Below, piece by piece: positions 17,101 to 32,047 of a stretch of 64,000 bases of DNA. The position numbers and the translations under genes were made by a program. The DNA is from the human T2T-CHM13v2.0 reference genome, Homo sapiens: the NCBI RefSeq assembly GCF_009914755.1, contig NC_060926.1. The stretch is one strand, 5' to 3'. The notes under the pieces are model-generated. The model did not search any database, was not told where the DNA came from, and saw nothing but the letters and a program-made list of their open reading frames with translations. Position 1 is the first letter of the stretch. Each line of letters begins with the position of its first letter.

Positions 17101-19490
17101 CTGGAAGGGAGAGCCGTTATCTGCTGGAGCAGTCAGCTGTGGACTCGCTAGGCTGTGTCTATGACTGCTGCACAAATAGAAGGATTTCGTTCAGCTTGGG
17201 AATTTTTTGTGTATTCTTTACCTATTATCTCATCTTGTTTCTAAAAAGATTCGCTGCATCTTGCAGTATAACAGGAGTTGTTTGCTTTTATTTTATTTTA
17301 TTTTATTTTATTTTTTATTAGAGGGACTGGGGATGCCCTCCTTGGGGCTGAGCCAAGGTGCAAAGGTAGAGCTCCCCCTGCTGGCTGACTTTTGCTCCTG
17401 CAGCCCTCGGGCGTCTGACGCTTTCGCGTTTATGAAGTCTTGTAGTTTCACAGGGGAGAAAATCAGTGTCGCTCAGCTTCAGGACGTTCGCTTGCTTTCA
17501 GAAACAACGGTCAGTGTGACTGTTGGACTGAACATGCTTAAAACTCATTCCATCACTTTCTGTCATTATCTTTCACTAGCTCTTGCACAAATATTGAGGC
17601 TCTTAGTTTGTGGGACATTGACTGGGCCCTGACCCAGAGGCAAGCATTTTGCTAGCACCAGGAACACTAAGGCCAAAGAGACACCCTCCCTGACGTTGGA
17701 GGCCAGCATAAGCGAAGCTGCCCTCTTTCAGATAGGAAAGCCCTTGTCATCCCAGGATGGGGACACTCAAAATGAAAGGAGCTCCCTAGACAGGGCCCCA
17801 GACCCAGGTCCATTCAGGAATAGGGGGTATTTTATCACGAGTTAACTTTGAGTTATCCTGGCCCCTCCCCTAGGCTGACCCGGCAGGTGGGAGGGAGAGT
17901 GAGGCATCCTGAAGGCTGCAAGCCTGGCTGGCTGTGATCCACGCAGGAGATCTACACCTCAGAGCACTTCCTCCCACTGGGCAGTGGACCACTCGAGCAG
18001 CGGTTCTGAACACCTGATCCCCAGACTCATCGCAGCAGCAGCATCTAGGAACAGGTAACACATTCTCAGGTTTGAAAGGCGCTGGGTGTGAGGCCCAGCA
18101 GCCTGTGCTTTAGCAAGCCCTCTAGGTAACTCTGACAGTTAAGGACGTCCAGAGACAGCGGTGTGGCCACCTCTGGGAGCCCTACGTGACAGCTCAGCTT
18201 CATGAGACATGGCTTCTTCTGCCTCACAGCAGCCACAAAGCCATAGCATTTCAGAGGTACCTATTAGATACCCCTCCCTTTTACAAATGAGAACACCAAG
18301 GTGCAAGAATACATGGTTCGCCTAGGGCAAATCTGTCAGGGGATTTCCCCACCAGGCATCCCAATTTACACCAATAGAAAAGGGAGGCCAGTAAAAGAGA
18401 CCCTTCCCGGGTTCCTCAGACCTGCCTGCTCTGGGTGTCAGGGCTCTGCACAGCATCTAGTGCAGATCTGTCTCTCCCGGGCCTATGACTGGGTCACCCT
18501 GAAGCTCTTGGCCCATGGTCTTCCTCTCCTTGGGGGTGATGTCACATTCCACTTTCTCCTTTTTGATCGCACTGGTCCTTGCTGCCACTCACTCAGAGAT
18601 GGAACATAAAGGGCCCAGCTGTGAAAGGATCACAATGAGGTTTGGTTTTTAAAATCAATCCCCAGCATCTAAAAATACTTGTCAATCACAGAGAGATAGG
18701 AAGTCACTAGAAAGACAGGAAATGTTTGAGGTTGGAAATGCATCCCCTCTAGCCTGGCCATATGGTACAGATGCCCTTTCAGATAAGTGCCAAGGTCTTG
18801 TCAGCTGGCTAGAATTAAGGCAATGCTCTGCCTCCCCTCCCCACAATATTTACAAGCATTGATTTTCTAGAAGGGAAGGGGTGGGGAGGGAAAAAGGAGA
18901 AAAGAATAGCATCTTTATTAATATTATTATTTTTGTGCACATCATCAGAGGGGTTGGGTCCCAAAGGGGAGACTGCACTTTGAAAACACAGCTTTCTCTC
19001 AAACAGCAGAAAAATGATGGGCTCACAGTGTGAGCACTGTCCATGCAGCCCTGCATGATGGGTGAGGTGCTGACTCAGGCAGAGAAGAAATTTCTGCACC
19101 TCTCCACTTATTATTATTATGGTCTTTGCAAAAGGCTCGATGCTCCCTTGTTTGAAAAGATCACTGCACTCTTTCATCCCTGATGCAGTGAACAGCAGTT
19201 GGGGAGCACAAAGGAAAAACTATTTTCTCACCAAATGTGAAGGAGTCATTTTCCCAGGAGGCTTTAATCAAATGCTATGCCGGATGTATTGAGGAAGCAG
19301 TGCAGGGAACAGTCCGTACAGGAGGACGGCCTTTCCATACTTGCCTTCTGGAGAGGAGGGTCTGGGCAAGCCTGTTCCATCCAGAATGTTTCTGCAGGTA
19401 TTGGTGGCATGGCTAGATTTCAGAACTGTTTTAAAGAAGAGAAAAAGGGGATCTTTCAGCTGGTTTGGGAAAGGGAGCCTGGAGTGCTCA

Positions 19491-19600
19491 TCACACACAC
19501 ACTCTCACACACACACTCACACACACACTCACTGACACACACACTCTCACACATACTCACACACATGCTCACACACTCTCTCTCTCTCTCACACACACAC
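19491..19600. repeat. Compound (CA)n/(CT)n microsatellite
   Basis: Read directly. Confidence 0.9.
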
Positions 19601-20110
19601 AGAGAGACACTCCGAGCTACTTCTGCTTTGTTTTCCAGATATCCCACCTCCTCATTCTAAGTAGCCCTTCTATTTCTTGGTCTCAGGAGGGGTTTCTTAA
19701 AAGATAAACTCTTTTCGTGGTATAAATAAGAGTTTAATCTAATTGAGGATATAATATTAGATATTCTGGAAGTGGGGAGTATTTGGGGAAAGAATGGGGG
19801 TTGAGCTGAAAGAGGGGGAAGATTCATGGGTTCACTGAGGATTGGGACCTATGCTCTGTGTCCTCCCAGTGCCCCAGGGATACGGCAGGGCCTCTGGGAG
19901 GAGTGGCTATAGGATGTGCCCTGGGCAGCCAGGTCTAAGTGTGAGGATACCCAGTTCACAGAAAGAATGCAGTCCTAAAAAGAAATCAGATGGGCTGAGT
20001 TTGAACCCAAACTCTGCCACTTGCTGGCTGTGTGACATGGGGTAGTTACTTCCCTTTATTGCCTGTTTCCTCATCTGTAAAACTAGGACTATTATTCTAC
20101 AAATGTTTAG

Positions 20111-20408
<298 letters not shown>

Positions 20409-22894
20409 TTATTGAACTATATACTGGGTACTACTCTAGGAGTTGAAAGAAAGAATTAAAAAACTGGAGGTCCTACCCTTACAGAACTTACATTCTAGTG
20501 GTGGGGGGAGGGGGGCAGATGAAAGACTCTATTAGTAGGTAAATCACACAGCATGGTATGCTGGACGATGATAAGGGTTATGGAAACAAAGTAGAGCTGG
20601 GAAAAGCAGAATTAGAAAGGGAGGGGCACAGATACTGGTGGTCAGGATATGCTCATTGAGAAGGTAATATCTAGGCAAAGCCTTGAGGAAGATGAGGGAG
20701 AACCATAAGTTATCTGGGAAAAGAATGTTCTAGATCAAAGAGTAGTTGCCTCATATAAAACTATTTATGTAAAGCACTACCAAGTCCCTGGCACGTTAGT
20801 AACATTCCATAAACGTTAATCGTTGTCGTTATTTTCATGGCCAAGTAGGGCCCAGCAGCTACCATGTGGGCTAGAAAAATGAGCACGTCCACAGTAATCA
20901 GCATGCCCTGAGCTGGAGGGACTCCTCCAAATGATTGGTTTTAGATGAAGTCCCCAGGACCTTTGTTTGACTCAGGGGTAAGGGGAGGAATCCCTAACAG
21001 TGACTGAAATTACATTTCCCTCCAGGCCTACCAACAGGAGACTGAAGTCAGATTCTATTCTGATTTAAAGAAAATAAGGTAATGTTGCTTTCTGACTTGA
21101 GCTGATAAAGTAAGATTCTTACTCATGCCCAAGAAAAATGGGAAAAGTCTGAGAAAGGAAGACATGAGAGGGTCCTAGACTGAAAGACCTAAAAATGTCT
21201 TGATGCTGCAGATTGATATGACTTTAGCAAGGCAGGGACCAAGGGCGGGGGTGCGGGGAGACAAATGAAAGGCAAAAAGGAGTTGAGGTCAGAGAGAAGA
21301 AAAATGTATTGGAGGCTATATCTGAAGTTGCTACAAGTAAAATACAAGCAGCTCTGGCAATAAGAGCAGGGCCCGAACATATAGCAAGAGCAGTCAATCC
21401 CCAAAGGAGGTAGGAGCAGTAGACATCATAAGTCAGAGGGGTTGGTGATACCAAGGCCAGAGAGTACCACGTGGCTCCACGGAACCAAGTTTATCTAAAG
21501 TCAAAAATGTTTAGCCTCCATTGAAGGGGTGGGGATGGGGTTGGGGGGCTTAAATGTGTTAGAATCCCAAAATGTTAGAATCCCGGAAAAGACTTTCGTG
21601 CTTATTTAATCTTACACCCTCCTTTTTCTATGTGAGGAAACTATGACTCAGAAACAGAAAACAGCCAGTCGGGAGTCACATTCTACTGATCAGAACTCCA
21701 TCCACAGTGACAGAAACTCAATTCAAACCAACTTAATGAGCAAAGGGGAATGCATTTTGGCTCATGTTCTAAAGACCAGGACTGGTTCACAGGGCAGGAC
21801 TGAGACAAAAATTTGGGTATGAACAAATCTAGGATGTACAGTAGAGACAAAATCAATAGTAGACTGCTGTCACAGTATTCTGTGAGCACACAGGCAGGCA
21901 TGAGGCCCCCTAGAATTTACAAGAGTTTTCTTAAAGCCCACTGTGATCCATTTCCCAGAGCAAAATCAATCAAACATCAACTTCATGGGAGGCAGGAAAC
22001 TGCTTGCCACTCTAAATGGCACTAATTTCCAAGGGCTGCTCAGTGAGGGACTGAAACCCGAGTTGTGAAGTAATGGTCCACACATCGAATCAACATTCCA
22101 GATGCGCTTTTTCTGACCCCCAGGGTGGGATGTTTTAAAAATTCATTTACTTAACAAATACTTGTTGAGCACTTACTGTGTGCCAGGTCCCTCTGTAGGC
22201 ACTTGGCAAAAACAGTGAACAAAACAGGGAAAAATCCTCACCCTTATATACTTTGAGTATAATGGGAGGATATGGGCAGTCAGCCAATAATTTTTAAAAT
22301 TCTATTATTCTACAGGATGATAAGTAGTATAGAGAAAAATTGAAAAGCAGGGAAGGAGAGAGAGTACAAGGTGGAAAGAAGGAGGTGTTGCAATTTTTAA
22401 AAGAGTAATTAGGAAAGGCCTCCCTGAGAAGGTGACATTTGGGAAAACACCTGAGCAGAAGAAGAAGTAAGGCTTGTGGGCATAGAGGGGAAGAGTATTC
22501 CAGGCAGGAGGCACAGCAAGAGGCAGAAACAATGCCTATGATGTTTGGGAAATAGCAAGGATGTCTGTTTTTCTTTTCTTTTTGTTTTGTTTTGTTAATC
22601 TATATTAGCTACCAACATTTAAAAATTGGGAATTTCACATCAAAATCTGTATTTCCAGATTTTCTTGAAAAAAAAAAAATCTCCAGTTAAGATCTTGCAA
22701 TGCTGGCTCCAAATCATTTCGTAAAATCATGAACTAGCTCTGAGTAGCAGCTCTTCTCCCCTAATGGGACATGCATCTCCCATGTAACATAGTCACCCTT
22801 CCAGCCTGGGTATTTTCTCTTACACTCATGCCCAGCTACTTCATTCATTTCATTTCAACTGCTGGTCAGACCCCTGCAGGCATTTAAGCCGCTG

Positions 22895-23320
22895 TAGCCT
22901 ACATAGGGCAGGCTAGGTTATGGTCATAAGTAAACCCCAGCAGTTTAGTGGCTTAATTTAACAGATTTGTTTCTTGTTCACACAAAATCCAACAGGGATG
23001 GAGTGATTCTTCCGGGAATCTGTCCTTCATGCAGTCAGCGACTCCAGGTCTGGGTTATTTCTAAACTGTGGCTCTGACATTTCAACTTGTGGACTTCATG
23101 GTCACCTTAAAGAGAAAGAGAGAACATGGAGGGGCCACACTGACCCTTACATGTTTTATGTGGGAAGTGATGCAAGTCATTTCTGCTCACATTTTATTGG
23201 CTACAGCTAGTCACGTGGCCTTGCCTAACTGCAAGAGAGCTAGGAAGTGTAGGCTTCCCATGTATCCAGGGAAGGACAAAGAATAGGATGTAGGTACGAT
23301 GTATTAATCTCTTCCCTACC
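22895..23320. mobile_element. Old MLT1-type LTR
   Basis: AGTGGCTTAA...; CATTTCTGCTCACATTTTATTGGC...AGTCACGTGGCC. Confidence 0.55.
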
Positions 23321-23732
23321 CTTGTTTAAAACTGTTTACAAACTCTATATCTATTCTCAGCCAGAGCCACCTGGTTATATGCATATAATGTGATATCACT
23401 GAGAAATTTTCGGAGAGCTGAGCTTCCCAGACAGGTGGCTGATTACCTAAGCAATCTATAGTAATTATATACATGGCACAGACGTTAAGTGTGTGAGCTC
23501 TAGAATCAGACAGCCACTATCTAAATTGCGACTCTACCGTTGCTAACAGTAGGACTTCAACCAGTATTTTTAACTTCTCTAAACTTGTTTCCTCATCTTT
23601 AATTTGAAGATAATAAGAGTACCCACTACATAATCTTAATGTGAAGATTAAAAGAGTTTATACATATAAAATGCTTTGAAGACCACTTAGTGAATCCTTG
23701 GTAAGTATCCATTGTCTTCAGTAAATATTAGT

Positions 23733-25020
23733 GTTCTGATCATCTGAGGCCAGGAGTTCAAGACCAGCCTGGCCAACATGGTGAGACCCTGTCTCTACTA
23801 AAAATGCAAAACTTAGCCGGGCCTGGTGGTGTGTGCCTGTAATCCCAGCTACTCAGGAAGCTGAGGCAGGAGAATCACTTGAACCCAGGAGGCGGATGTT
23901 GCAGTAAGCTGAGATCATGCCACTGCACTCCATCCTGGGTGACAGAGCGAGACTCTGTCTCAAAAAAAAAAAAAAAAAAAATCTGAGAGTAGCTAAGAAT
24001 TTGGAGGAATTTATGTAAAAGCAGAGTTTTTGACTTAAGGGAACCAAATAAAACTATAACCTCCTACAGTGTTTATAGAACTCAGAAATAATATTTGTTT
24101 AACTTTATTATGAGGTAACACATACTTTCCTGTATTTCTAGATATAGTTTGGAAAACTATCCTTAATAGTCCATTTTATATACCTTATATTTAAAAGTTT
24201 GCTTAGTCATTTTTGAAAGACTATTGCTGCTGCAAATAGTTGTGTGCTTTACATTCTAAGCTTCAGTCAATTTCTTTATTTAAGAGCCTCATAATCTGTC
24301 CTGAGCATTCACTTGGAGAATGTTTTTTTGTGTGTGATCTAGGGTGGCAAAAGACCACAAAAATGTGTGGTCTGGATTTTTTCAACTATGTCATTGACTT
24401 TATGATCCAAGACCTGTTATAGGACGAATCTATATGTAAAAATAAAATCTTATTTATGGAAGGAATTATTCTAAGGGAAAAACCTAGGGTCAAGCTGTAT
24501 CTTTTATGTCCTCTCTATTGCATGTCTATTTCTGTTACACGATTTGTTATTTCTTCAAATTTCCTATGGTAGCCAGATAAATCATCAAACAACCTGTTTG
24601 GGATATAAAACTTTGATAGAAAATATTTGATGAGTATCTTGATTATGACCTAGAATATGTATAAATTAGTAAAATAAACAGATATACTACAGAACTCTCT
24701 GTTGACTCAAACAGGTTGACCTCAATCCACGTTTTCTCTCGATATCACTCAATTGGCTAAAGGAGGAAACTCAAACCTCAGGGTTTGTTTTTCCCAGGAC
24801 AGATAGTAGTGATAATGAAGTATATTTTAATAAGAAAAACAAACCAGTGAACCTTGAGAAATTTTAAAAAGCATCATCGAGGCATATTTTTCATAATTCT
24901 ATACTTATCTATTTATTGCCCATGGAAAATATATGTGTAGAAGTATTTGTCTGTTATTTGTTACAATCTTCTTAATTTGTTTCAAAGATAATGCTGCCAT
25001 ACTGCATTCCCTCTGGAAGG
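23733..25020 (+). pseudogene. Probable retrocopy of an mRNA 3'UTR segment with a truncated Alu at its 5' end (resembles the UBE2W 3'UTR from memory)
   Basis: About 1 kb of AT-rich UTR-like sequence directly after an Alu poly(A). The whole unit is flanked by AAATATTAGT (23723-23732 and 25021-25030). Parent gene is unverified. Confidence 0.55.
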
Positions 25021-25034
25021 AAATATTAGTTAGT

Positions 25035-25860
25035 GTTATATGAGAAAACTCTTTCTCATATACTCTTTTCAAATTCCCTGAAAGTTAATACTTTATCACA
25101 CTTGCTTTATTATTCTCTCTCTCTACAAATACACAATTTTTTCTGAAATATTTGCAAATACATTACAGATATGTGGTCCCTTTTTCTCTAAATATTTCGG
25201 TGTATATTTTTTTAAAAACGGGAACATTCTTTTACATAACCGTAATACAACTGCCAAATCCAGAAATTGATACTGAAACAATAGTGTAATCTACAAACTT
25301 TATTCAGATTTTGCCAATTGCCCACTAGTGTCCTTTTTGTGGTCCTGGATCCAGTTCAGAATCATATGTCACATTTAATTGTCATGTTTCTTTAATCTCC
25401 CTTAATTTGAAACAATTCTTCTTTCTTGTCTTTCATGATCTTAACATGTTTATAAGAGTACAAGCTAATTGTTTTGTAGAATGATGCTCAGTTTGGATTT
25501 GTCTGATGTTTTCTTGTGATTCGATTCAAAGTATGCGTTTTTGTTCAGGAATATTCAGAAGCCATGCTGTGGTCTTCTCGGTGCTTCATGTCAAGAGGCA
25601 CATGATACCTATTTGTCCCGTTAATGCTAATGTTCCCTTTGATCACTTGGTTGAGGTGGTATCTGCTAGATTTCCCCACTGAAAATTACTGTTTTTACTT
25701 TTTAAATAAGTATCTTATTGGGAGATACTTTGAGATGGCATAAATATCCTGTTTCTCATTGTTCTTTTAGCTTTTATTGGTCATTCTTCCCTTAAGCAGT
25801 TATTACTGCGGTGGTAGCCAAATGGAATTTTCTTATGCCATCATTCCTTCAACATGGCCT
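25035..25860 (-). mobile_element. Old L1 (L1MC-like) 3' fragment
   Basis: T-rich sequence with L1MC-type motifs (TTTGGATTTGTCTGATGTTTTCTTGTGATT, ATCACTTGGTTGAGGTGG). Confidence 0.6.
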
Positions 25861-26941
25861 CATCAGCTATTATTACATATTAATGCATCTTGCTCCTCTC
25901 AAACGAATAGGCCCTCTGGTATGGGACTAGGAAACTTGTCCTTAAGTTAAAGGTCATGGAGGTAGGCTGAACAACAAAAGAACGTAGCAACAGCAGGGGA
26001 CCTATGGAATGGGCACTACTGTTTCTGTAGGAACTGATCATGTAATTTCTAATATGTGTGAATGTGGCCACCCTTCCAAATTAGTGAGTTAGTGTGGGGC
26101 AGTTTGATGCAGGTTTGCACAGCTTTCAAAATTATCCAAAATAAAGTGTGCCTCCTAGAACCTAGTGTACTTTTGGTTATACTGTAGAAGAGGCAGCTTC
26201 ATCAAGCTTTTAGAAAGCATGGGAATGGATGATAAATCAAAGGTAGATACACTGAGAGAAGAGGAATCCGCTGGAGGGGAACCTTGGGATGTTTCTGCTT
26301 TTGCAGCTCATGCAACAACAGATGAGCCAGTGAGAGACAAAGGCCAGAGAGGGAGGAACAGTATGTTGTTATGAAAACCACGGTAAGAATCTGAAGAAAG
26401 AGAGGTCATCCAATGTTATCTTCCCCTGGGTATAGTCTTGGATCTGGAATAACTTGAGTTCTTTAGAGAAGCTTGGGGTGAGCATTGTCAATATGCCTAA
26501 GTCCATAAAGTAAAGAGAAACCTCTCTGTGGGCTCTGAGTATCTGTCTAAGTCCTTTCCCCAAAACAAAAACCACATGGCCATTATCTGCTCAGGCAGTG
26601 CTGTGCCCAAACCCACCAGAATACACAGGACCCACTGCCCTGGTTCTGACAGTAGGGCTTAGGAGGCAACTCTATCCCATCCCCTTCCACAAAAAAAGAA
26701 CAAAGCCCAAGACCCTGGAGTGTTTGACTCAGCTTAACCTTTTCAATGGCTGCTTGCAAAAACTTCCCTTCCCTTCTGGAATCCATTTAATTCACTTATC
26801 TGCCCTTATTCCCTAGTCTCGCTCACTGTCCCTCTTTTCCAAGCATGGCCCAGTCAGAATTGTTGAGTGTTACAGAGAGCAGCAGGAGGAGGTCTTTGGA
26901 TCTGGGGTTTGAACAGTTCATTAGTTCACTGAATTCAGTGA

Positions 26942-27434
<493 letters not shown>

Positions 27435-27957
27435 CAAGAGGCCAGTTTTAATTTTTAAAAAGTGTGATGGTTCCAGATTGCCAGGATTTGACAAGTATAA
27501 AGCATATAAAGAAAGCGGAGAAGCTCATGATAGCCTCCACTTGCCAGAAATTTGTTTGTAAAGGGAAGGAAAAAGACAGGTTAGCAATCTGATAGGGAAG
27601 CAGTGTCATGCATGGTTCAGGCTTTTGCAGTCGGGAAGTTAGGGTATATTTTCAAGGAGCTAGAGAATGGCAACCTGAACATGCCAGAAGGAGGAAAATA
27701 CTGGTAGATGGAGGTGGAGGCAAAGAAGTACTGGTAAAATCAAGAAACCCAGATAAGGTTAGCTTTGAGAACAAAGATAGCATGTGACTTCTCTGGAAAT
27801 AGGGAGGAAGAATGAAGGAAAAAGCAAGTGATAAATGATGATCCAAGCAAAATTAAGACAGTGGAGAGGAGAGCTGAGCCCTTGATCTTTTCAGTAAATT
27901 AGGTGCAGAAGTCATCTATGAAAGATGGAGTGGGTCAGAACTTCTTTGGGAAGGATG

Positions 27958-28569
27958 TGTGAACCCAAAAGTATCTGAGACAGGTCTCAATTAGTTTAGA
28001 AAGTTTATTTTGCCAAGGCTGAGGACGCATCTGTGACACAGCCTCAGGATGCTTTGATGACATGTGCCCAAGGTGGTCTGGATACAGCTTGCTTTTATAC
28101 AATTTAGGGAGACACAATACATCGATCAATACATGTAAGATTTACATTGGTTCAATCTGAAGGGGCAGGACAACTCAAAGTGGGGGCTTCCAGGTCATAG
28201 GTAGATTTAAGCATATTCTGGTTGGCAATTGGTTGAAAGAGTTATTATCAGTAGAAAGGAATGTCTGGGTTAAGGGAAGGGGTTGTGGAGACCAAGGTTT
28301 TGTCCTGCAGATGAAACCTCCAGGTAGCAGGCTTCAGAGAGAATAGACTGTAAATGTTCCTCATCAGACTTAAGGTCTGTGTTGATGTTAAATGCTGGTT
28401 GGCTTTTCCTGAATTCCAAAAGGGAGGAGGGCATCATGAGGCATGTCTGACCCCCACTTTCCCATCATGGCCTGTATCAGTCTTTCAGGTTAACTTTGAA
28501 GTGCTCTAGCTGAAAGGAGGGAGTGCATTCAGATGGTTGGGGGCCTTAGAATTTTATTTTTAGTTTACA
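27958..28569 (-). mobile_element. Solo ERV1 LTR, MER4 family
   Basis: TGTGAACCC...ATCTGAGACAGGTCTCAATTAGTTTAGAAAGTTTATTTTGCCAAGG...GTTTACA. Imperfect 4-bp TSD GATG/GATA. Confidence 0.8.
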
Positions 28570-29134
28570 GATAAAAAGGGTTTGGAACAGCCACCTTAAA
28601 GAATTCAATAGAAAGTCAAGAGAAATAAAATGCTACTCTGACAGCAATAAGAAAAACTTATGAATCTGAAAAGCAAACGTGCTTAGATAATGCATCAGGT
28701 ACAGACTAATTTGCTCCAGAAGTCTTTACAGGTATCTGCTGATTGTAGTGCTTGTTGGAACATCTATCTGAATGTCTAAGTCTGATAGAAATCTTTGGCA
28801 GACTAACTAATGGCATGGATAACCATTAGCATGCACTTACTTTTCAACACATAGAGAAGTGAAATTTTCCGCTCACAGCAAGCTGTTAAAATCCTAATTA
28901 TCCCCTGGGAACCTGGCCCTCTCAATTTCAGAAACTAGCTCCTTTATAAAGGAAGGAACTCACACATACACAAGTCCCCATCCATACACACCATGAATAA
29001 AGTATATTGATCTTCATTTCCAGGAAGATACTCTAAGTCATTTCCAGGAAGATAACTCGAAGTCATTCCTTGACACGTGGACTTTCTGTGTAATCCCATC
29101 ACTGATTACTCAAAACAAAGTCAGCTTTCTTCCT

Positions 29135-29580
29135 CTATTAGCCTGTTTTGCATTGCTGTAAAGGAATACCTGAGACTGGGTAGTTATAAAGAAAGGAGGT
29201 TTATTTGGCTGTACAAGCATGGCACCAGCATCTGCTCGGCTTCTGGAGAGACCTCAGGAATCTTTCAGTGGGAAGGCAAAGCGAGAGCGGCATGTTACAT
29301 GGTGAGAGAGGGAGCAAGGAGGGAACAAGAGAGATGCCTGGTTTTTATAAACAATCAGCTCTCGTGTGAACTAATAGAGCAAGAACTCACTCATTACCCA
29401 TTACTGGGGAAGTAGGGGAGGTGGGCGAGGGGGAGTGGGTGGAGCAAGGTGGGGGGTCACCAAGCCCTTCATAAGGGATCTGCCTCTATGATCCAAACAC
29501 CTCCCTGCAGGCCCTACCTCCAACACTGGGGATCACATTTCAACAGAGATTTAGAGGGAATACCTATCCAAACTATATCA
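29135..29580 (-). mobile_element. MaLR solo LTR (MST type)
   Basis: TATTAGCCTGTTTTGCATTGCTGTAAAGGAATACCTGAGACTGGG ... CCAAACTATATCA. Confidence 0.8.
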
Positions 29581-30800
29581 CTACCTATTCCAGTGTTGGC
29601 AGGAGCTGGTTTTTGTTGGAAGACATATTTGTGTCAACCATGTAAAAAGCTTATTCATATTCCCACTGCCTTTTGATACCACACCATGGCCAATTACGGA
29701 TGAAATGCCAGTTTCTTTCCTCCTAGGTTTTTGTGGAGAGACTGAGAAAATCACTTCCTGGAGAAATGAAGGCTGAAAGCCCTGGCAAAAAAGGAGATGG
29801 TTCTCTAGAGACAGGCAGGAAAAAAGTTTCAGGAGGAGACATGTCAGGTGCTGATGCGAGAAGCAAAGGTACCAATGTTGATGGCACCTTCTTCCAGATC
29901 GTAAAGGGCTTCTCCTTGGGTTCAAGCTTTCTGCAAATGGCAGCAGCTGGGCAGGCTGCTAAGCATAGAGGAGAGTTGCCCTCACCTGATCCTGAGAACC
30001 AAGACTAAGTAACGCATCCTGGAAAGGCCCAGGCCAAACAGAGGCCCTGTGGCGAGTTGCTCCAAGGGAAACCCAGGAACGGAGAAGGAAGGAGGAAGTT
30101 TGGGAAGCAGACCCATGCTTTGACTGAAAGGTGAGCAACAATAGAAGGAAGGGGAATAAAAGCCTTCCGCTTTCGTCATCCCTGCAAAGAAAATGGAATT
30201 CATAAATTTGAGACTCAAATGTACTCTGCAAAATTTTAAAATTTGCAGCATTTTGTTATTTGGGGGCCGGTGTTAGACTGCAGATAAACATGTAGTTTAA
30301 TACATACATATTATATCAGATTACATATTGCTACAATTATTGGAGTTGCTTTGCTGTTTGCAAAATGAGCCTTGTAGGAAACAAGTGTTTCCAAGTAAAT
30401 GATGACTGAAAGATTCTATGAAGAAGAAAAAAAATGTAACCATAAGGTTTAAATGCTTTAGAGGAAGTCAAGCTTGGAGGACAAGTTATATTTGTGTTTA
30501 GAAGCCATGCTGGATGCTACAAGTGTGCATTATGAATGTGCACAGTAAACGGGAGGCAAAGGAGCCAGCAGGGCTATGAGGATGGGGGTGCTATGGGGAC
30601 ATAGTCATAGACAGTTAAAGAGCATAAAGAATATCGACAGAGTTCAATGAATAGAATGGAGCTACCCTGGGAGATAAAGATACACAATTAGGTTGAAGCA
30701 CAACCAGATAGGTGATATATTATGTTCTTTCTCAAGGTTGGCTTTTCTGTGCTGTTTATCTCCCAAGAACACTTGAGTTGTTGCAAGCAAACTTTCTGGG

Positions 30801-31098
30801 TTTTTTTTTTTTGTGGAGATGGAGTTTTGCTCTTGTCACCCAGGCTGCAGTGCAGTGGCATGATCTCAGCTTACTGCAACCTCCGCCTCCCGGGTTCAAG
30901 CGATTCTCCTGCCCCAGCTCCTGAATAGCTGGGATTACAGGCACCCACCACCACTCCTGGCTAATTTTTTGTATTTTTAGTAGAGACGGGGTTTTGCCAT
31001 GCTGGGCAGGCTGGTCTCGAACTCCTGACCTCAGGTGATCCACCCTCCTCAGCCTCCTAAAGTGCTGGGATTACAGGTGTGAGCCACCACTCCTGACT
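30801..31098 (-). mobile_element. AluS
   Basis: Full Alu. TSD AAGCAAACTTT. Confidence 0.92.
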
Positions 31099-31677
31099 GC
31101 AAAGCAAACTTTTGAGCTGAGAACTGAAGTCTCAACTCAAGCACAGTCCACTAACTGTCTTCCCTATTGCTGTAGAGCCCTTGGTAGGGAACTAAAGACC
31201 TTCCACAAGCTGATCTCAGTCTGCCTTCCCAAACTAAGGCACAGAAGAGCCAGCAGTTAAAGTATTAGACTGGGAAAAGATGAGTTAACTTTGGGCCTCT
31301 CTAACCCCACTTTGGTAGTTGAGAGATAGCACTGGTTGCCTAATAAGGAGTGGGATGGTGGCAAGTACAAAGCTTGCTCATCCATCCAGGCATTGTCCTA
31401 TCCCCTCAGCTGCCCTTTCTACTTCCTTCCTCCTTCGCCCCCACCCCATCTTCAAGGAATTTAGCTATACTCTGCAGGTGCCCTCTGACCAGCCAAAATC
31501 ATCATCACAGCCAAAACCATACTTGCCCACCTTTTGACATGCTTCAAACTTACTACGCACCTTTCCTTTCACTTTCTACCCAACTCTCCAGACAAATTCA
31601 CAGAGAAATCCTGGCATTATTGTCATAGCAAAACACAGTAGAGAAGCCTTACTGTTAATCAACATGGGGATTAGCTA

Positions 31678-32047
<370 letters not shown>

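Noticed and set aside
29014-29066. Short tandem duplications (24-bp period here; also ~21557-21584 and ~42739-42771)
   Set aside because: Ordinary slippage duplications with no further structure.
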